64,000 nucleotides of DNA from Heptranchias perlo (lineage: Eukaryota): NCBI RefSeq assembly GCF_035084215.1, contig NC_090332.1, forward strand, positions 33,480,001 to 33,544,000. Direction: 5' to 3'. The position numbers and the translations under genes were made by a program. The notes beneath the pieces are model-generated. The model ran no database searches. It was not told where the DNA came from and saw only the letters and a list, made by a program, of their open reading frames with translations. Of this stretch, positions 13,350 to 26,186 are shown piece after piece. How positions within the stretch are numbered: position 1 is the stretch's first letter; every line of letters begins with the position of its first letter.

Positions 13350-14174
13350 GGTTCATGAAATAGGCCGCTGAACTTAAGAAGCAGTCCGTTAAAATTGGGG
13401 CATAAATTGCTCGCCTGAGGACCCAGTTCATCAATGGCATCCTCTCAAACCACCGGCAGAGACAGGGAGCAAGTTCGCAAATGGGCACATGCGTATTAAA
13501 ACCAGGAAATCACGAACTTGCTCCCATTGGTTCGCCGACAGTTTGACAGGTCCGAATTAAAGGGCCACCTACACCACAATCAATAAAATCATTAAACTTT
13601 GTAAACTTACCCATCAGCCCAGGTGGAATTAAGATACTTGCGCCACCAAAATGTACGCTAGAAAATACCAGCCCTACACTACTTTTTAAAAGCGCAATAG
13701 CTGCAAAACAACAAAAAATTAAATTTTAAATACGTGGAATGTCATATTACTCTTGATTTAATGTCTTTTGATCATTAAAAAAAAATTACAATTTTTTTTT
13801 ACTTTTAGTTCTGTAAGTTTCATTACATTAAATCATTTGCTTGGCTTTTTATAATAAGATATGTTATGTTAAATTTTAACATATCTTATTAACATTTAAA
13901 CTAACATACAGAAGTTAACTGTGAAGGAATGATTTCTAGTTGCCTGCTGTGGGCGTGACTTCTCTTCTTGACAGATTCTGTGGGTATGACTTCCATTCCC
14001 ACCGTTTGTATTAGTTCCGAATGAATCTGCGCTGAAATCACAGCGCTGAGCTTAAAAAAAAATTGAAAACGGAGCAAGTTGGCATCGGAGACCACGATGT
14101 AAGTTTTCTCATAGTATTTGTTCATAGTATTTGTCCATAGGATGTGCGGAGGTCAGTCACAGCAAGTTCCACCC
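13350..14174. mobile_element. MITE-like element
   Basis: Ends agcaagttccaccc then aat. Internal inverted pair gggagcaagttcg / cgaacttgctccc (~13464-13525). CpG-rich flanks around an AT-rich core. Confidence 0.4.
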
Positions 14175-15424
14175 AATAAATACCTCTCTTCTAGTCTCCC
14201 TGACCTAACTGTTTGGTGGGGGGGGGGAATGGAACTTGTTGTCCTGCTAACTAATAATTCTAACTAGGTAGTCCAGTGGAGTGTTTCAAGGAAAGGAATG
14301 CAGATTAATGTAAACCCCTTGGTGAGTAGTGTAAGGTCTGTAAACACTTCAGTCATGAATGCATTTGAATCTTCAGTACTGTTCTGGTTGGCAGAATTTG
14401 GGAATCCTAGTGATTTTGTCAACCCCTCCTCATAAATATAGATAATACTGGTGCATAAGAGCCCTCTGAGGTTTGCTGAGCTTTGATGGTGGGGGTGGGG
14501 GGGGGTGCTTTTGTTTGCAACCAGCTACGGCTAAGGCTCTAAATAAGAAGTCTGGCACCGATACAATCTCCACTACTAATTAGAATTCAGTTTTAGGAAA
14601 GAATGCAGAGAGCTGTCAGATTATAGTCATTTCAAGTCTCCTCCCAGATACTGGTATTAAATTTCAAGACAGTTATTTTTGGAAGTATGGTTTCATCTAA
14701 CAATGTGGATACTAGGGAAACAGTAGTGGCAGTCCTTCAAGAAGATCCCTAAATGTAATGTTGGTCTCTCATTAGAGATGTCCTTGCTGCTTGGTTTGAT
14801 TCAAGGCAAGGATGAGTGCTCTTTGGAAGAGGATGAATTGAGTTTCTTGCCCTTCTCATTTGTCTTGTGCTTCCTGTGCCCAGTCCCTGCACCTGCATTT
14901 TTAATATTAATAATACTTCTCAATCTCTCACGTGTTTGTTTAGTTGCCTTTTTCAGGAAAAAGTTGGCAGGATTCGTTAATGGAAAAAATTTTGGTCAAG
15001 CAGGACACAATACAGACACTAAATTAAACCGATTAGCTGTACTAGATTGCCAGCACTGTAGCTAACACAGAGCACGAGAGCAGATGTGTGCATAAAATCA
15101 ATTAGAAAAACTCCAAAACAGAAAGATACTGAGAAAAGGTCACAAAATAAAACTAAGAACCAATTTTTCAGAACTTACACCTCTTTTCAGGGCAAGAAGC
15201 AACTGCAACTAATGCTAACAGCAGGAGAAAAGGGACTGAAGGTGATATGGAAAGGAGTGTTTTTGCAGTAACCAAAGATCATGTGGGCTCTGGTTGGCAA
15301 AGAAGTACGTCATTCTGATTTCGCTAGCTACAAATGCATACCTTACCCATGGCATATGGTAGAACAAATGCATTTATGTATTAATTCAATGGTATATCAG
15401 TTAAGAGTATAGAGCCCTGCCATG

Positions 15425-18390
15425 AATCAGAGAATGATACAGTACAGAATTCGACCCATCGTGTCTGTGTTGGCTCTTTGAAAGAGCTGTCCAATCAGTC
15501 CAATTCCCCTGCTCTTTCCCCAGAACCCTGTAAATTTTTCCACTTCAAGTATTTATCCAATTCCCTTTTGAAAGTTATTATTGAATCTGCTTCCACCAGC
15601 CTTTCGAGCAGTACATTCCAGATCATTTACAACTTGCTGCGTGTAAAGAAAAAATTCCTCATATCTCCTCTGGTACTTTTGCCAATTATCTTAAATCTAT
15701 GTCCTCTGGTTACCAATTCTCCTGCCACAGGAAACAATTTATCCTTATTTACTCTATCAAAACACTTCATGATTTTGAACACCTCTATCAAATACCCCCT
15801 TAACATTCTCTTCTCTAAGGAGAACAACTCCAGATTCTCTAGTTTCTCCACGTAACTGAAGTCTCTCATCCCTGGTTCCATTCTAGTAAATCTCTTCTGC
15901 ACCCCAAGGCCTTGACATCCTTCCTAAAGTGTGGTGCCCAAAATTGAACACAATGGGCTCGATTTTCACACCCGCAATCGGGTGCGTTCGTGGCGGGGGG
16001 GGGGGGCTGCAAAAATCGGGGATTCACGGGGCGGGTTGGGAGCCCGGCTCCAACCTGCCCCATTTCCAGGTTCCCCAGTGACACACTGACATGCACGCGC
16101 AGCCCCCGCATGTGGGACTCCCGCCGGCGGGGTGCCACTTAAGGTAATTGAACAGGTACTTCAGGTTGTTTACAGACCTGATTGACCTGTTATTTTAGCA
16201 GGGATGGGATTTTGCAACTGACTGGGACTGTTTCCCGTACTGGGGGAGACACTCCCAGTTCAAATGGACGTGTTGCAGCCATCAGCCTGTGGCAGCTGCA
16301 AAGGAACATTTGACAGGTGGGGGGTGGAGGGTGGGGGGATGGGGGGTGGGGAGGGGAGACCCTCACGCATTGCAGGAGGCCACTCTGTCACTTTGGACAA
16401 AGTTTGGCCTCCACCACCCTCCTCCTAACAATAACATTCACCAACTTGCACTCTTACCCCAGTGTCCAGACACATGTACCTACCTTGCGGACCCCCTCAG
16501 ATGTACATCTTCCGGATGGGGGCCGCCGCGTAGCTGCAGTCATGACCTCCTCAGAGGACGAACAGCAGCACCAGTCTCGCCGGCCACACTGTCTACCTCT
16601 GACACGTGGAGTTCCACAACACAGTGCTGTGACACATCCACCTGCACAGCAGGAGGGAGGGCAACCGCAGAGAGAGATGCGCCGCAGAGGGCACTACCCT
16701 CGCCACAGGGTCCACAGACCGAGGCTCAGCTTCCTGGACCTCTCTGAGCAGCAGTGCACACGGAGGCTCAGAGTCACTCGACATGTAGTCGTGGACATCT
16801 GCAGCCTCCTTCATGCCGAGCTGCTCCCGGCTGGCCCGAGCACCATCTTCTTACCTGTCGCTGTCAAAGTCACCACTGCCCTCAACAACTTCTCCTCCCC
16901 ATCCTTCCAGGGTGCAACCGGGGACATCGCCGACGTCTCTCAGTCATCTGCACAAAAGAGCCCTGCAAATACACCTACACCCACTCTGCAGTGACACAAT
17001 GGGTGGCATCAGTTGTGGGTCTTCATTGTGATCCTCAGGAAAGGGCATTATTGCACAAACCAGACAAGATTCGCAAAGACGTGGCAGTAGTGGTGCCAAT
17101 ATAATATGTGATGTGAGTTGATCAGAAATGAAATATAAGTAAACACCACGACAAACCCTCAAACACCCTTGTGCATCCCCTTCATGCTCACAACACGTTT
17201 GCCTTACGCTGCCTACTGCACATATGTGATGCATGCCCCGTGGCTGCAGCACAGGTAGTGGCAGGTTGAGTGAGGCTGACCGTGAAAGAGATGCATGAGA
17301 GGGTGAGTATGAGATAGAGCCATGAGATTGTATGAGGATTGGGTTGAGTGGTAGTGGCGGGATGAGTTCTGGCGAGGTGAGTAGGTGCAGGTAAGGTGAG
17401 GATGAGGTTTGAGTGGGTGTGAGGAGTGATGTGACAGAGTAGTGTTGGCTGTGCAGAAGGAGATGTGGGGTGGGGGCGGTGATTTGGCAGATGGAGTGTA
17501 GGGGAATGAGTAAGTGTACTCATTTTGGCTGACCTACTTAGGTCACTGCAGCGCCTCCTGCACTGTATGCAGGTGGGCGATATGGTGCAGGTGACCTCTT
17601 CTGCCACCTCGAGCCAGGCCTTCTTGGTGGCAGAGGCAGGCCGTTTCCTCCCACCCGCCGGGGGGGGGGGGGGGGGGAAGATCTCTGTCTTCCCCCTCCT
17701 CCTCACCCCATCCAATAAGAGCTGGAGTGAAGCATCATTAAACCTGGGAGCAGCCTTCCCCCTGGGCTGTGGAGGACTGCCCCTTTAAATAGAGCTTCTC
17801 CAGCTGACAGGCCTTACCGCACATGCGCAGTCTGCCTGCCGCGCAGCTTAGCAGCGGGGAACCCGGAAGAACAGGTAAGTGGATCCAATCAGCCTGCGAT
17901 TGCGCGCGGGGCAAACTGATTTCACCGGGCGCGTTACCCACGTGCCCAATCTACCCCCCACCGCGAACCCGCCACCATGGTATTATCGGGCCCAATATTC
18001 CAGGTGGCTCATTACCAGTGTTTTATAAAGGTTTAGCATAACTTCCTTGCTTTTGTACTCTATGCCTCTATTTATAAAGCCAAGGATCCCGTATGCTTTT
18101 TTAACTGCTTTCTCAACTTGTCCTGTCATCTTCAAAGACTTGTGTACGTGAACCTCCAGGTCTCTCTGTTCCTGCACCCCTTTAAAATTGTACCGTTTCA
18201 TTTATATTGCCTCTCCTCATTCTTCCTACCAAAATGAATCACTTCACACTTCTCTACATTAAATTTCATCTGCCATGTGTCGACCTATTTCACCAGTCTG
18301 CCTATGTCCTCCTGAAGTTTGTTACTATCCTCCACATTATTTTCTGCATCCTAGTTTCGTGTCATCTGCAAACTTTGAAATGATACCCTG
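15425..18390 (-). mobile_element. CR1 LINE 3' portion, split by mini-Harbinger copy 2
   Basis: ORFs VKKAYGILGFINRGIEYKSKEVMLNLYKTLV and LFSLEKRMLRGYLIEVFKIMK. The HLEY|CVQFWAP motif is split by the insertion. Confidence 0.9.
15955..17993 (-). mobile_element. Mini PIF/Harbinger element, copy 2 (type A, inverted)
   Basis: TIRs gggctcgattttc / attatcgggccc, AAT TSD, inserted in a minus-strand CR1. Transposase fragment ORF 16317-16994 (+) and Myb ORF 17188-17715 (-). Confidence 0.92.
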
Positions 18391-20937
18391 TTAGCTGTAT
18401 CCTCACTGTTTTACTACATTTCCTTCGATGGTAGGGACTGAATCCAATCAGACCACCAACTATAACTTAAAGAAGCAGCAACAATTTTTTTTTTATAATT
18501 CTGAACTCGACTGGTAATTGGGGCACTTTGCAACATTCCATCTTATTTAGAAGGAAGCAAGGAAAAAAAAACAAGACTATCTCGCTTGACACCAGACACA
18601 CCAGTCCACAGACAATGGACATAAGTGCAGAAGTCTGCTCCTTATTCAGTTACCTCCCAGCTGAAAGACATTGTACATCAACCAGGAAAAAAAAGGGATA
18701 GAAAATGTGTAAAAGATTGAAAGATCAATCACAGCATCGAAAATTTGCAAACTTAGCTCAAATGAATTATGAATGCTGAGAAATTTGCCCTGAGGAATCC
18801 TTGGTTGAGCTAAGTGAAAAGTAAGCAGAATTTTCAACCAATTTAAAACCTGTGTACGTGAGTTGGATACACATACTTGGATATGCGTCTATATCCTTTA
18901 CTTGCCTGGTGTTATTGTTAGCATTCAATTCAATACCCTGATAGACCAGAGTTAAATGCTGTATTAAATAAACACAATGGACAGTGAACAAGCAACAAAC
19001 AAACTTAATTTGAAAATAGTCACTTATTTCCTAGGTTTCCTTTTACCTTTAAAATGTGCAAGGATAATCGTCAACAGCTGGATGCAGAGAGAGTAAATGC
19101 TTGTTTTCTTCATAGTTCTTCATTGTCATTATCAGATAAAGTTTAGGCTTAAATTTCTCAATGAACTCAAAAAAGTTCAAGTATTCTCTACCTTCTGTTT
19201 TATATTTTTGTAAATTAAGCAAAAGCTTATTTCTAAGAAGATATATATACCACAATCATGTTACAAGCTATAAAATACTTTTAAAATAAAAGTAGATGTT
19301 TTTCTACCATATTTTCAGCAAATGAAAGATATATCAATTCAATATGGTTCAACTGATCTCAGCCTGGACATCAATTGGGACTGTACAATTGAATTCAACA
19401 CACCTATTGCCACTCCACCTATCAGACAACAGGCACAAACCACAAGTAGAAGTTGGAATCACCCTGGTTTGCGTGGCTCAGCAATTCACTGGATAAACCT
19501 CCTAAGCCATTAGGGGAGATGCCTACTTTTGTGACAATATTCTAGGTGATGTATTTAGAAACAAACAAAACAACTTGCATTTATGTAGCACCTTCAACAT
19601 AAAAAAGCCCAAAGGGCTTCCAACACAGGGGCAATGAAAACTGGGGTCGATCAAGGAAGAGATTAGGAGGGGTTACCGAAAGCTTGGCAATCACTTTAGT
19701 GGCATTTTATAGGACAATGTATTTTATTTTGTGTTTAATCTCAGTTTATAAGACTTTTTTTTTAAACTGTACGTCAGGTATTTGAACATTAAATCAAACA
19801 ATAATTGGAAACTAATAGCAATCCAACAATTGCTGAATTACTGGAAGCAACACACAAGTCTTTTTTTTTAAAAATGTAAATGCACAGAAACATATCCCAA
19901 TCAATTTGAATGCTCAGAATATCGTGTAATGTTTTTATAATCATTGTAGAAGGAAGTTTTCCGGAGATATTTTTGTATCTAAATCCCTCAATTGCGAGTA
20001 GTAGATAGGAGAAAAATTTGTTTCCTTGTATGAGAGGATCTAAACGCCACCTCCTGATACAATTGGGAATGAAACTCAGATTATCCTTTTACATGGACCT
20101 TTAGGATCAGGTGCACTCCATGAGGAGCACACTGTTCTTTCTAGTAACTATTTTCTTTCCAGACTATAATTAAATTTAAAAGAGCCTTCAGATAGCAGAT
20201 TCTGAAAGTACAAACCTTAGACCTTAAATATAATCATCCATTTTAAGAAAAGACTTAATTAAAAAGAGGACATCAAATAATTTGTAGTCTACGTATTATA
20301 CTACTTTAACTCTAACCCACAGATCTTTCTTTATTAGTTTATGAAACATTTCTTCTTGCATCTTACAGTTCAATTTGTTCTATCATGATTTTCATTGCAT
20401 TTCTCTATAGGACTATATTTTTTAGCAGTTTTAAAATGCTAAATAATAATGGGAAACTGGCAGCTCAGCATTACTAATTATAAAATGGCAAATTCTGCAA
20501 ATGGCAGTTTGGCGCTTATCAGAGGGCAAATCACCCATGCACCTTCCCAACAGCAAGCTACAGAACAGCATTGGCAAAGAACTAGGAACAGGTCGCCTGC
20601 CTGCCCCTTGGCCAAGAAATACGGGAGGGAGCAGGCTGAGAACCTAAGAAAGGTTCTGAGAAAATAACTGAAAACATGGAGAAATTAAAGTTTGAAAAAT
20701 AAATGTTACTTAGCAAGTATTTGTTTCAATAGTTAACACTTTATATCTAAGCTTCATTTTATCTACATAAATTGTACTCTTTAAGTGGTGTACAAAAAAA
20801 AATGATCGATGGGAAGACTCCTATGGAAAGAAAACTGCCTAGTCCACAGGGTAGAATCGATTTTCATGGACTTTAAAAATACATTTTATCTATTTAAATT
20901 GGCGCTGTTCCTTAATACAACAGAAGTGTGGACATAC

Positions 20938-21062
20938 CCTTGAATGAACTGAATCATTTTCCATGGATGCCCTGAGACACTGAGTAGAGATCTGCTCCGC
21001 ACGCATCAGATACTCTGCAGTCTTCCTTTTCACTGCTTCACGGCGACTTGGGCTTGGTTCAC
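20938..21062 (-). CDS. RPS6KC1: Coding exon, second half of MIT domain
   Basis: GEPSPSRREAVKRKTAEYLMRAEQISTQCLRASMENDSVHSR. tttctag acceptor, AGG|gtatgt donor, 125 nt, phase 1 to 0, compatible with both neighbouring exons. Confidence 0.92.
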
Positions 21063-21726
21063 CTAGAAATATCAACAGTGAGGGGTTAAGAAGCATTGTG
21101 AAATTTGCTGTGAGAGTTGCAACTATGTCTAGAAGAGTTCGTAAATTAACACAGCAACTGGAAATTAGTGGAATGGCTTATACACTGGATTGTACGGTCG
21201 TCAGTTTTCAAATTGAAGCTAACGTCACAAATGGCACAGTAATTACCATCTGTGAAAAAAATATACTTTTTGGCCACATCACCACATATTGGCTATCGTA
21301 TTTAGGTTTATTAATACAAAATGCAACGGTTTCATCTGTCAATCATGGAGTAGAACTTTCTTCATACCACACTGCGTCTTTTCAACTGGTGTAGATGTCA
21401 ACTGTTTCTCTTGTGACTAAATATTTTAAACCATTCTCAAATGTGCACTTATCAAAAGGCAATAGTCACAATTAATTTTTTTTGCCTACTACCTCTGCAG
21501 AGCAGTTTTTGAAACAAAGTTAATACATACTGTACGATAGGCAACACCAGAAATTACTGCAAATGCATTCACAAATCAATTTGCAGTGTGTACCGCAAAA
21601 GGAATGTCCTGGTGACTGAAAACTATTGTCCGATAACACTAAATCTATGATGAGTGTATCCGTGCGTGGGAGAGAGAGAGAGAAAAAAAAGAGAGAAATC
21701 GAGATCTTTCATCTCAGCGCACTTTT

Positions 21727-21800
21727 TATGTAAACTGGTCCTGCTGTAATTAGACCCCTCGCTAACGGGGGGTGCAATTACAGTGTGACAAGTTTACATA
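21727..21800. repeat. Imperfect 35-bp hairpin, part of an old dispersed repeat
   Basis: tatgtaaact..ctgtaatt..acccctcg-ctaa-cggggggt..aattacag..agtttacata. Related sequence at 22092-22160 (-) and 41686-41760 (+). Confidence 0.6.
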
Positions 21801-21967
21801 GATAGTTTTTATTGTAAATGTGAACCTAGGAATTTATAATGGAAATATATAAAAATAAGGACAGAATATATGGCACTGAATTATATCTGTGTGCCCAATT
21901 ATTCCTCAGCCTTTAACGCTGCTTTATCTGAAGGCTACGTTCGGTCTTGCGTTAATGTGATTAGAAC

Positions 21968-22056
21968 TATTTGCTCAAGTGGAGGGTAAACACCGACACA
22001 GACTGGTTGGGCCGAATGGCCTGTTTCCATGTTGTAGCTTCTATGCAATTCTATGT
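21968..22056 (+). mobile_element. CR1-type 3' tail fragment
   Basis: ttgggccgaatggcctgtttccatgttgtag...ttctatg. Confidence 0.65.
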
Positions 22057-23170
22057 TATATATTTAAAAATTTACATTTGTGAGCACCTCCTGTCAACTT
22101 TTTCCATTATAAATTTCTATGTCCATATTTGCAATGGAAACTTGTCACACTGTAATTACTCCTGCGGAGGTGGGGTGGAGCATGGAGAGAGATTGACTGA
22201 TTTCTGTTAGACACATATTTACTTTATTGGGCTGCAGAACTGATTTAATTCCCAAAAACCCAGGATAGCTTTGGCTGATATCTCGATGTCACAACACCTA
22301 TAAACATTATTTGACAACAAACTGAGACTGGCACTCTAAAAACAGCAGAAAATGATGGAATTTACATAAAAATGGAAACAATTTTAACTAAAAATTCCAT
22401 AAATCTTCTATGATACGAACGAGCAGAAACTAGGTAGTGAGTTAAAAGGTTAAAATTATAGCCTATTCCACCCTAACAGAACATAATCAATCCTTGACTT
22501 AAAAAAAAAGCGATTTTAGGGATGAGCAAAACCAGAATATTTTACTTCATTATACAATATATAAAATTTAATTTACTTCATGTGATATTGTGCTTATATC
22601 ACAAAATCGTACCATTGTTGTTCCTGCCAAATTATGTCTTTGTAACTGTCAATGACCCCCTAAGCTCCCAGCAAATAAGCTGCATTTAAATTTCTATTTT
22701 CACCCATAACGCTTATTTAAAGAAAGACTGCGCAGCTGATTTTGCTCCCCCCTCAACCTGGGTACTAGTCATGTCAGTACGCTCTGCCTGATATGTAACC
22801 CGTCGGGATTTCCAAGTTCAATTTAATTAAATTGGCCAGACATCCCCCCCCGGCACATGTGTGCCCCCTTGCAGGGCCTATGACCTGGAAGTGAGAGGAC
22901 TGCAACAGCAATAAGAGCCACCAATAATGGACTGTCTGAAAACAGCAGCTAGAAGGCCTCCAGCCCCAAGCCTTGCCCTGTTGGTGTTGAAAAAGGTATT
23001 TACCTTCTGGCTCCAAAAGTTGGCACCCAAGCCCTGCTCAGATCCTCTGATCTGGATGAGGCTGTGCACTTGATCAAGGCTCACTTCTTTTGGGCATCCC
23101 CATAAATGAGTGCTGTTCCAGCACGGAAGCAGGAAAAGGAGACAGGAGGCACCACTGCCTCATTTAAATA

Positions 23171-23286
23171 TGATGTGGAGATGCCGGTGATGGACCCTTC
23201 ACTCACTCACCTGACGAAGGAGGTAAGCTCCGAAAGCTTGTGATTTTCAAATAAAACTGTTGGACTATAACCTGGTGTTGTAAGAT
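23171..23286 (+). mobile_element. Short Penelope-like insertion, same family as 46925
   Basis: 11-bp TSD tcatttaaata (23160-23170 and 23287-23297). Begins tgatgtggagatgccggtgatggac like the 46925 copy and ends ggactataacctggtgttgtaa. Confidence 0.8.
23207..23243 (+). ncRNA. Minimal type I hammerhead ribozyme motif
   Basis: tcac-CTGACGA-a-ggag(gtaag)ctcc-GAAA-gctt-gtga, with stems I and II preserved despite loop changes. Confidence 0.6.
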
Positions 23287-24186
23287 TCATTTAAATACCC
23301 CTCAAGGGAAATGCTGGAAATCTCCAAGCAACACAAAGGCATCATGAGTCTCCACTTCCTCTTCCTCTGCATGACGGCCAGGAACCCCAATTGATCATTT
23401 AGCATTCATTGAGAAAAGACTGATTTCAAAAGAGCTGTTTTAGGGTGGAGGGGTGAGCAAAGACAGAATATTTTACTTTATTATACAACATATAAAGTTT
23501 AATTTATTTCACGTGACACTGTACTTATGTATATATTGGATGGATTATCATCAAGCTCTAAAACAATCTACGTTTACAGGACTTCGTAAAACCACGGTGT
23601 CAAATGGAATGATATAATAGACTGAAATTCTTCACCAGACTGCTTTCATGCACTTTCTGCACCACTATCCTGTACTTTTTGATACAGAAAGTACACAGCT
23701 CATGGAGGAATAACAAAGGAGAAAGTGCATGAAGATGCCTATACTAAATGTCTGTGATATAAATCACTGGGAGTTTATCAAATAATGATTATCAAGAATG
23801 AAAACTGTTTTCACCCCTACACCAACTTTCCTACTACACCCTGGGCTTCACTTTTGCAGTTTATGGTGCTACTGAGCCCACTTATAATCTAGCAGCTGGT
23901 AACAAACTCCAAACAAGTATACTGCGTACATTTCATTCTGCATATGCAGCATATTTTTACCCCTCCGATGCCGCATGCTTGATGTGATTCTGCTCCAACT
24001 CTTGCACATCCTTTGAATAATGAAATTCATCTGTCAATGGCTGTCAGTACTTTGATGATGTCATAATGACAATGTGACATCACACTCAACCATGACTGTG
24101 GTTGGGTTATGAGGCATTATTTTTAGATTTTTCTAAAACTATAATTTGTCTGATGTGCAACCATAAACTTTGGCCCTGTAAACTTT

Positions 24187-26186
24187 GGTAACCCGCCCAG
24201 TGAAATCCGTCCATTCCCCATGCGATCGCGGGTAAATTGAAGCCACTTACTGTGGCTTCCTGCTGTCCGGTCGGAAACCTGCGCAGCGAATGGACTGCGC
24301 ACCCGCATCACAGGCCGTCAGCTGGAGGAGCTCTACTTAAAGGGGCAGTCCTCCAATGCTGCTCCTGCAGCAAAGAGCCAAAATTATAGAATGGAGCAGC
24401 CCAGGGGAAAGGCTGCTCCCAGATTTACTGATGCCTCACTCCAGGTCTTACTGGATGGGGTGAGGAGAAGGAGGGATATTTTCTACCCGGCGGACAGGAG
24501 GAAATGGCCTGCCTCTGCCACCAAAAAGGCCTGGCTCGAGATGGCAGAGGAGGTTGCCAACAGCAGCAGCAACATCTCCCGTACATGGATTCAGTGCAAG
24601 AAGCGCTTCAATGACCTAACTAGGTCAGCCAAAGTGAGTACACTTACTCATTCTCCTACACTCCATCTTCCACATCACCACACCCACCCCCAACTCATTC
24701 TGTACATGCCAACACTACTCTATCACACCACTCCTCACACCCACTCAAAGCACATCTCAACTGCATTTACTCACCTCCCCAGTACTCATCCCACCACTAC
24801 CACTCAACCCAATCCTCATACAATGTCATGGCTCTGTCTCATGCTCACTCTCTGATGAATCTCTTTCACGGTCAGCCTCACCCAAACCAATGCATTCAGC
24901 GATTGGTCACGTCACCATCCCTCACTCAAGCCAACTAGCACTGGCCTTACAAGGCTTCACACATGTCCTCCAAACTGTCGTCCAGCAGGGTCGTAGGAGT
25001 GATGTGGGCCTGGCCCAGGAGAGGGATGATGGCAAAAGGGGACATGGATGCCACTCAAAGCGCTCCCACGTCTCACCCGTTGCCCCCACTCAACCAGTAC
25101 CTGCAATGCTGCCTCCTCTCCAGGTGGTCGTGTCTTCCCCTGCACAGGTGCAGGTGGAGCAGTCTTTGGAGGGGCCCTCATGGGCACCGAAACCCAGAGG
25201 GCGTAGGCCCAAAGCATCTAATAGGTCAGGACATGACCAAGAGTAACTGCCAATACCTCTGCTGCAGCCACAGGGGAAGCACCACGTAGGAGTAGTCATA
25301 AGCAAAGGGGATGCACAAGGGTGTTTGACGGTTTGTCATTTTTTATTTATATTTGATTTTTGTTAATGGCATATTAAATATTATTATTGTCACGACCACT
25401 GCCACGTCTTGGCCATTCTTGACTGGCTTGTGTAATAAGTCCCTTTCATGAGGTTCACCATGAACACCCACTTGATGCCACCCATTGGGTCACCCTACAG
25501 TGGGTGTATGTGTAGTTGCACAACTATTTTATGCAGGTGCCTGTGGTGCAGCACTGTGTTGTGGAGCTCCACGTGGTGGAGGTGGACGGCGTGCCTGGTG
25601 AGGATGGTGATGTTGCTCACCCTCGGATGAAGTAATGAATGCAGCTATGGTGCCCCCCCCACATCCTGACGGTGTGAGTTTGAGGGGGTCCACAAAGTAG
25701 GTAAATATGTTTGCACAGCAGAGTTTAGGGTATAAATTAAGAATTTTGAGTGGAAAGACAAAGGTGTTGCAGCCAAGACTTTGTCTGAAGTGACAGAGTG
25801 CCCTGCTGCAATACATGAGGTTTCCCCCCCCCACCTGTCAAATAATCCTTCGCATCTCCCACTGGCTGCTGGCTGAAACACGTCTGTTGGAACAGGGAGT
25901 GTTTCCCACAGCACGGGAAACATGCTGAGGATCCGCCAAAATCTCCTGACAATGAGGTCTATCAAGTACCTCAAGTATCTAAATAGCTATCTAAAGTAGC
26001 ATCCCACCAGCTTTAATTACCGGTGGGAGTCCCACATGCGGGAGCTACGCACGCTACCGAACGCATCACTGCGGAACCTGGAAGTCAGTGGGTTGGAGCC
26101 GGACTCCGAACCCGCTCCAGGATTCTGCCATTTTAGGGGCAGCCCCGCCCCCAACGCACCCTCTCCGCCATCCAAAAATCAGCCCC
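24187..26186 (+). mobile_element. Mini PIF/Harbinger element, copy 3 (type B, left TIR lost)
   Basis: Myb ORF 24391-24855 (MEQPRGKAAPRFTDASL...WIQCKKRFNDL), a retained Myb C-terminal exon segment, a very short transposase remnant on -, and right TIR aaaatcagcccc. Colinear with copy 6. Confidence 0.88.
24391..24855 (+). CDS. Harbinger Myb/SANT-like DNA-binding protein ORF (copy 3)
   Basis: RF...L..LLDGV...DIFYP...KKAWLEMAEEV...RTWIQCKKRFNDL is a MADF/Myb_DNA-bind_5-type signature. AAA|gtgagt donor follows RSAK. Confidence 0.7.
   Translation: MEQPRGKAAPRFTDASLQVLLDGVRRRRDIFYPADRRKWPASATKKAWLEMAEEVANSSSNISRTWIQCKKRFNDLTRSAKVSTLTHSPTLHLPHHHTHPQLILYMPTLLYHTTPHTHSKHISTAFTHLPSTHPTTTTQPNPHTMSWLCLMLTL

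Noticed and set aside
16317-16994. Domesticated HARBI1 or NAIF1/MSANTD host genes
   Set aside because: The ORFs are multi-copy, bounded by TIRs and TSDs, and truncated, so they are transposon copies rather than single-copy host genes.
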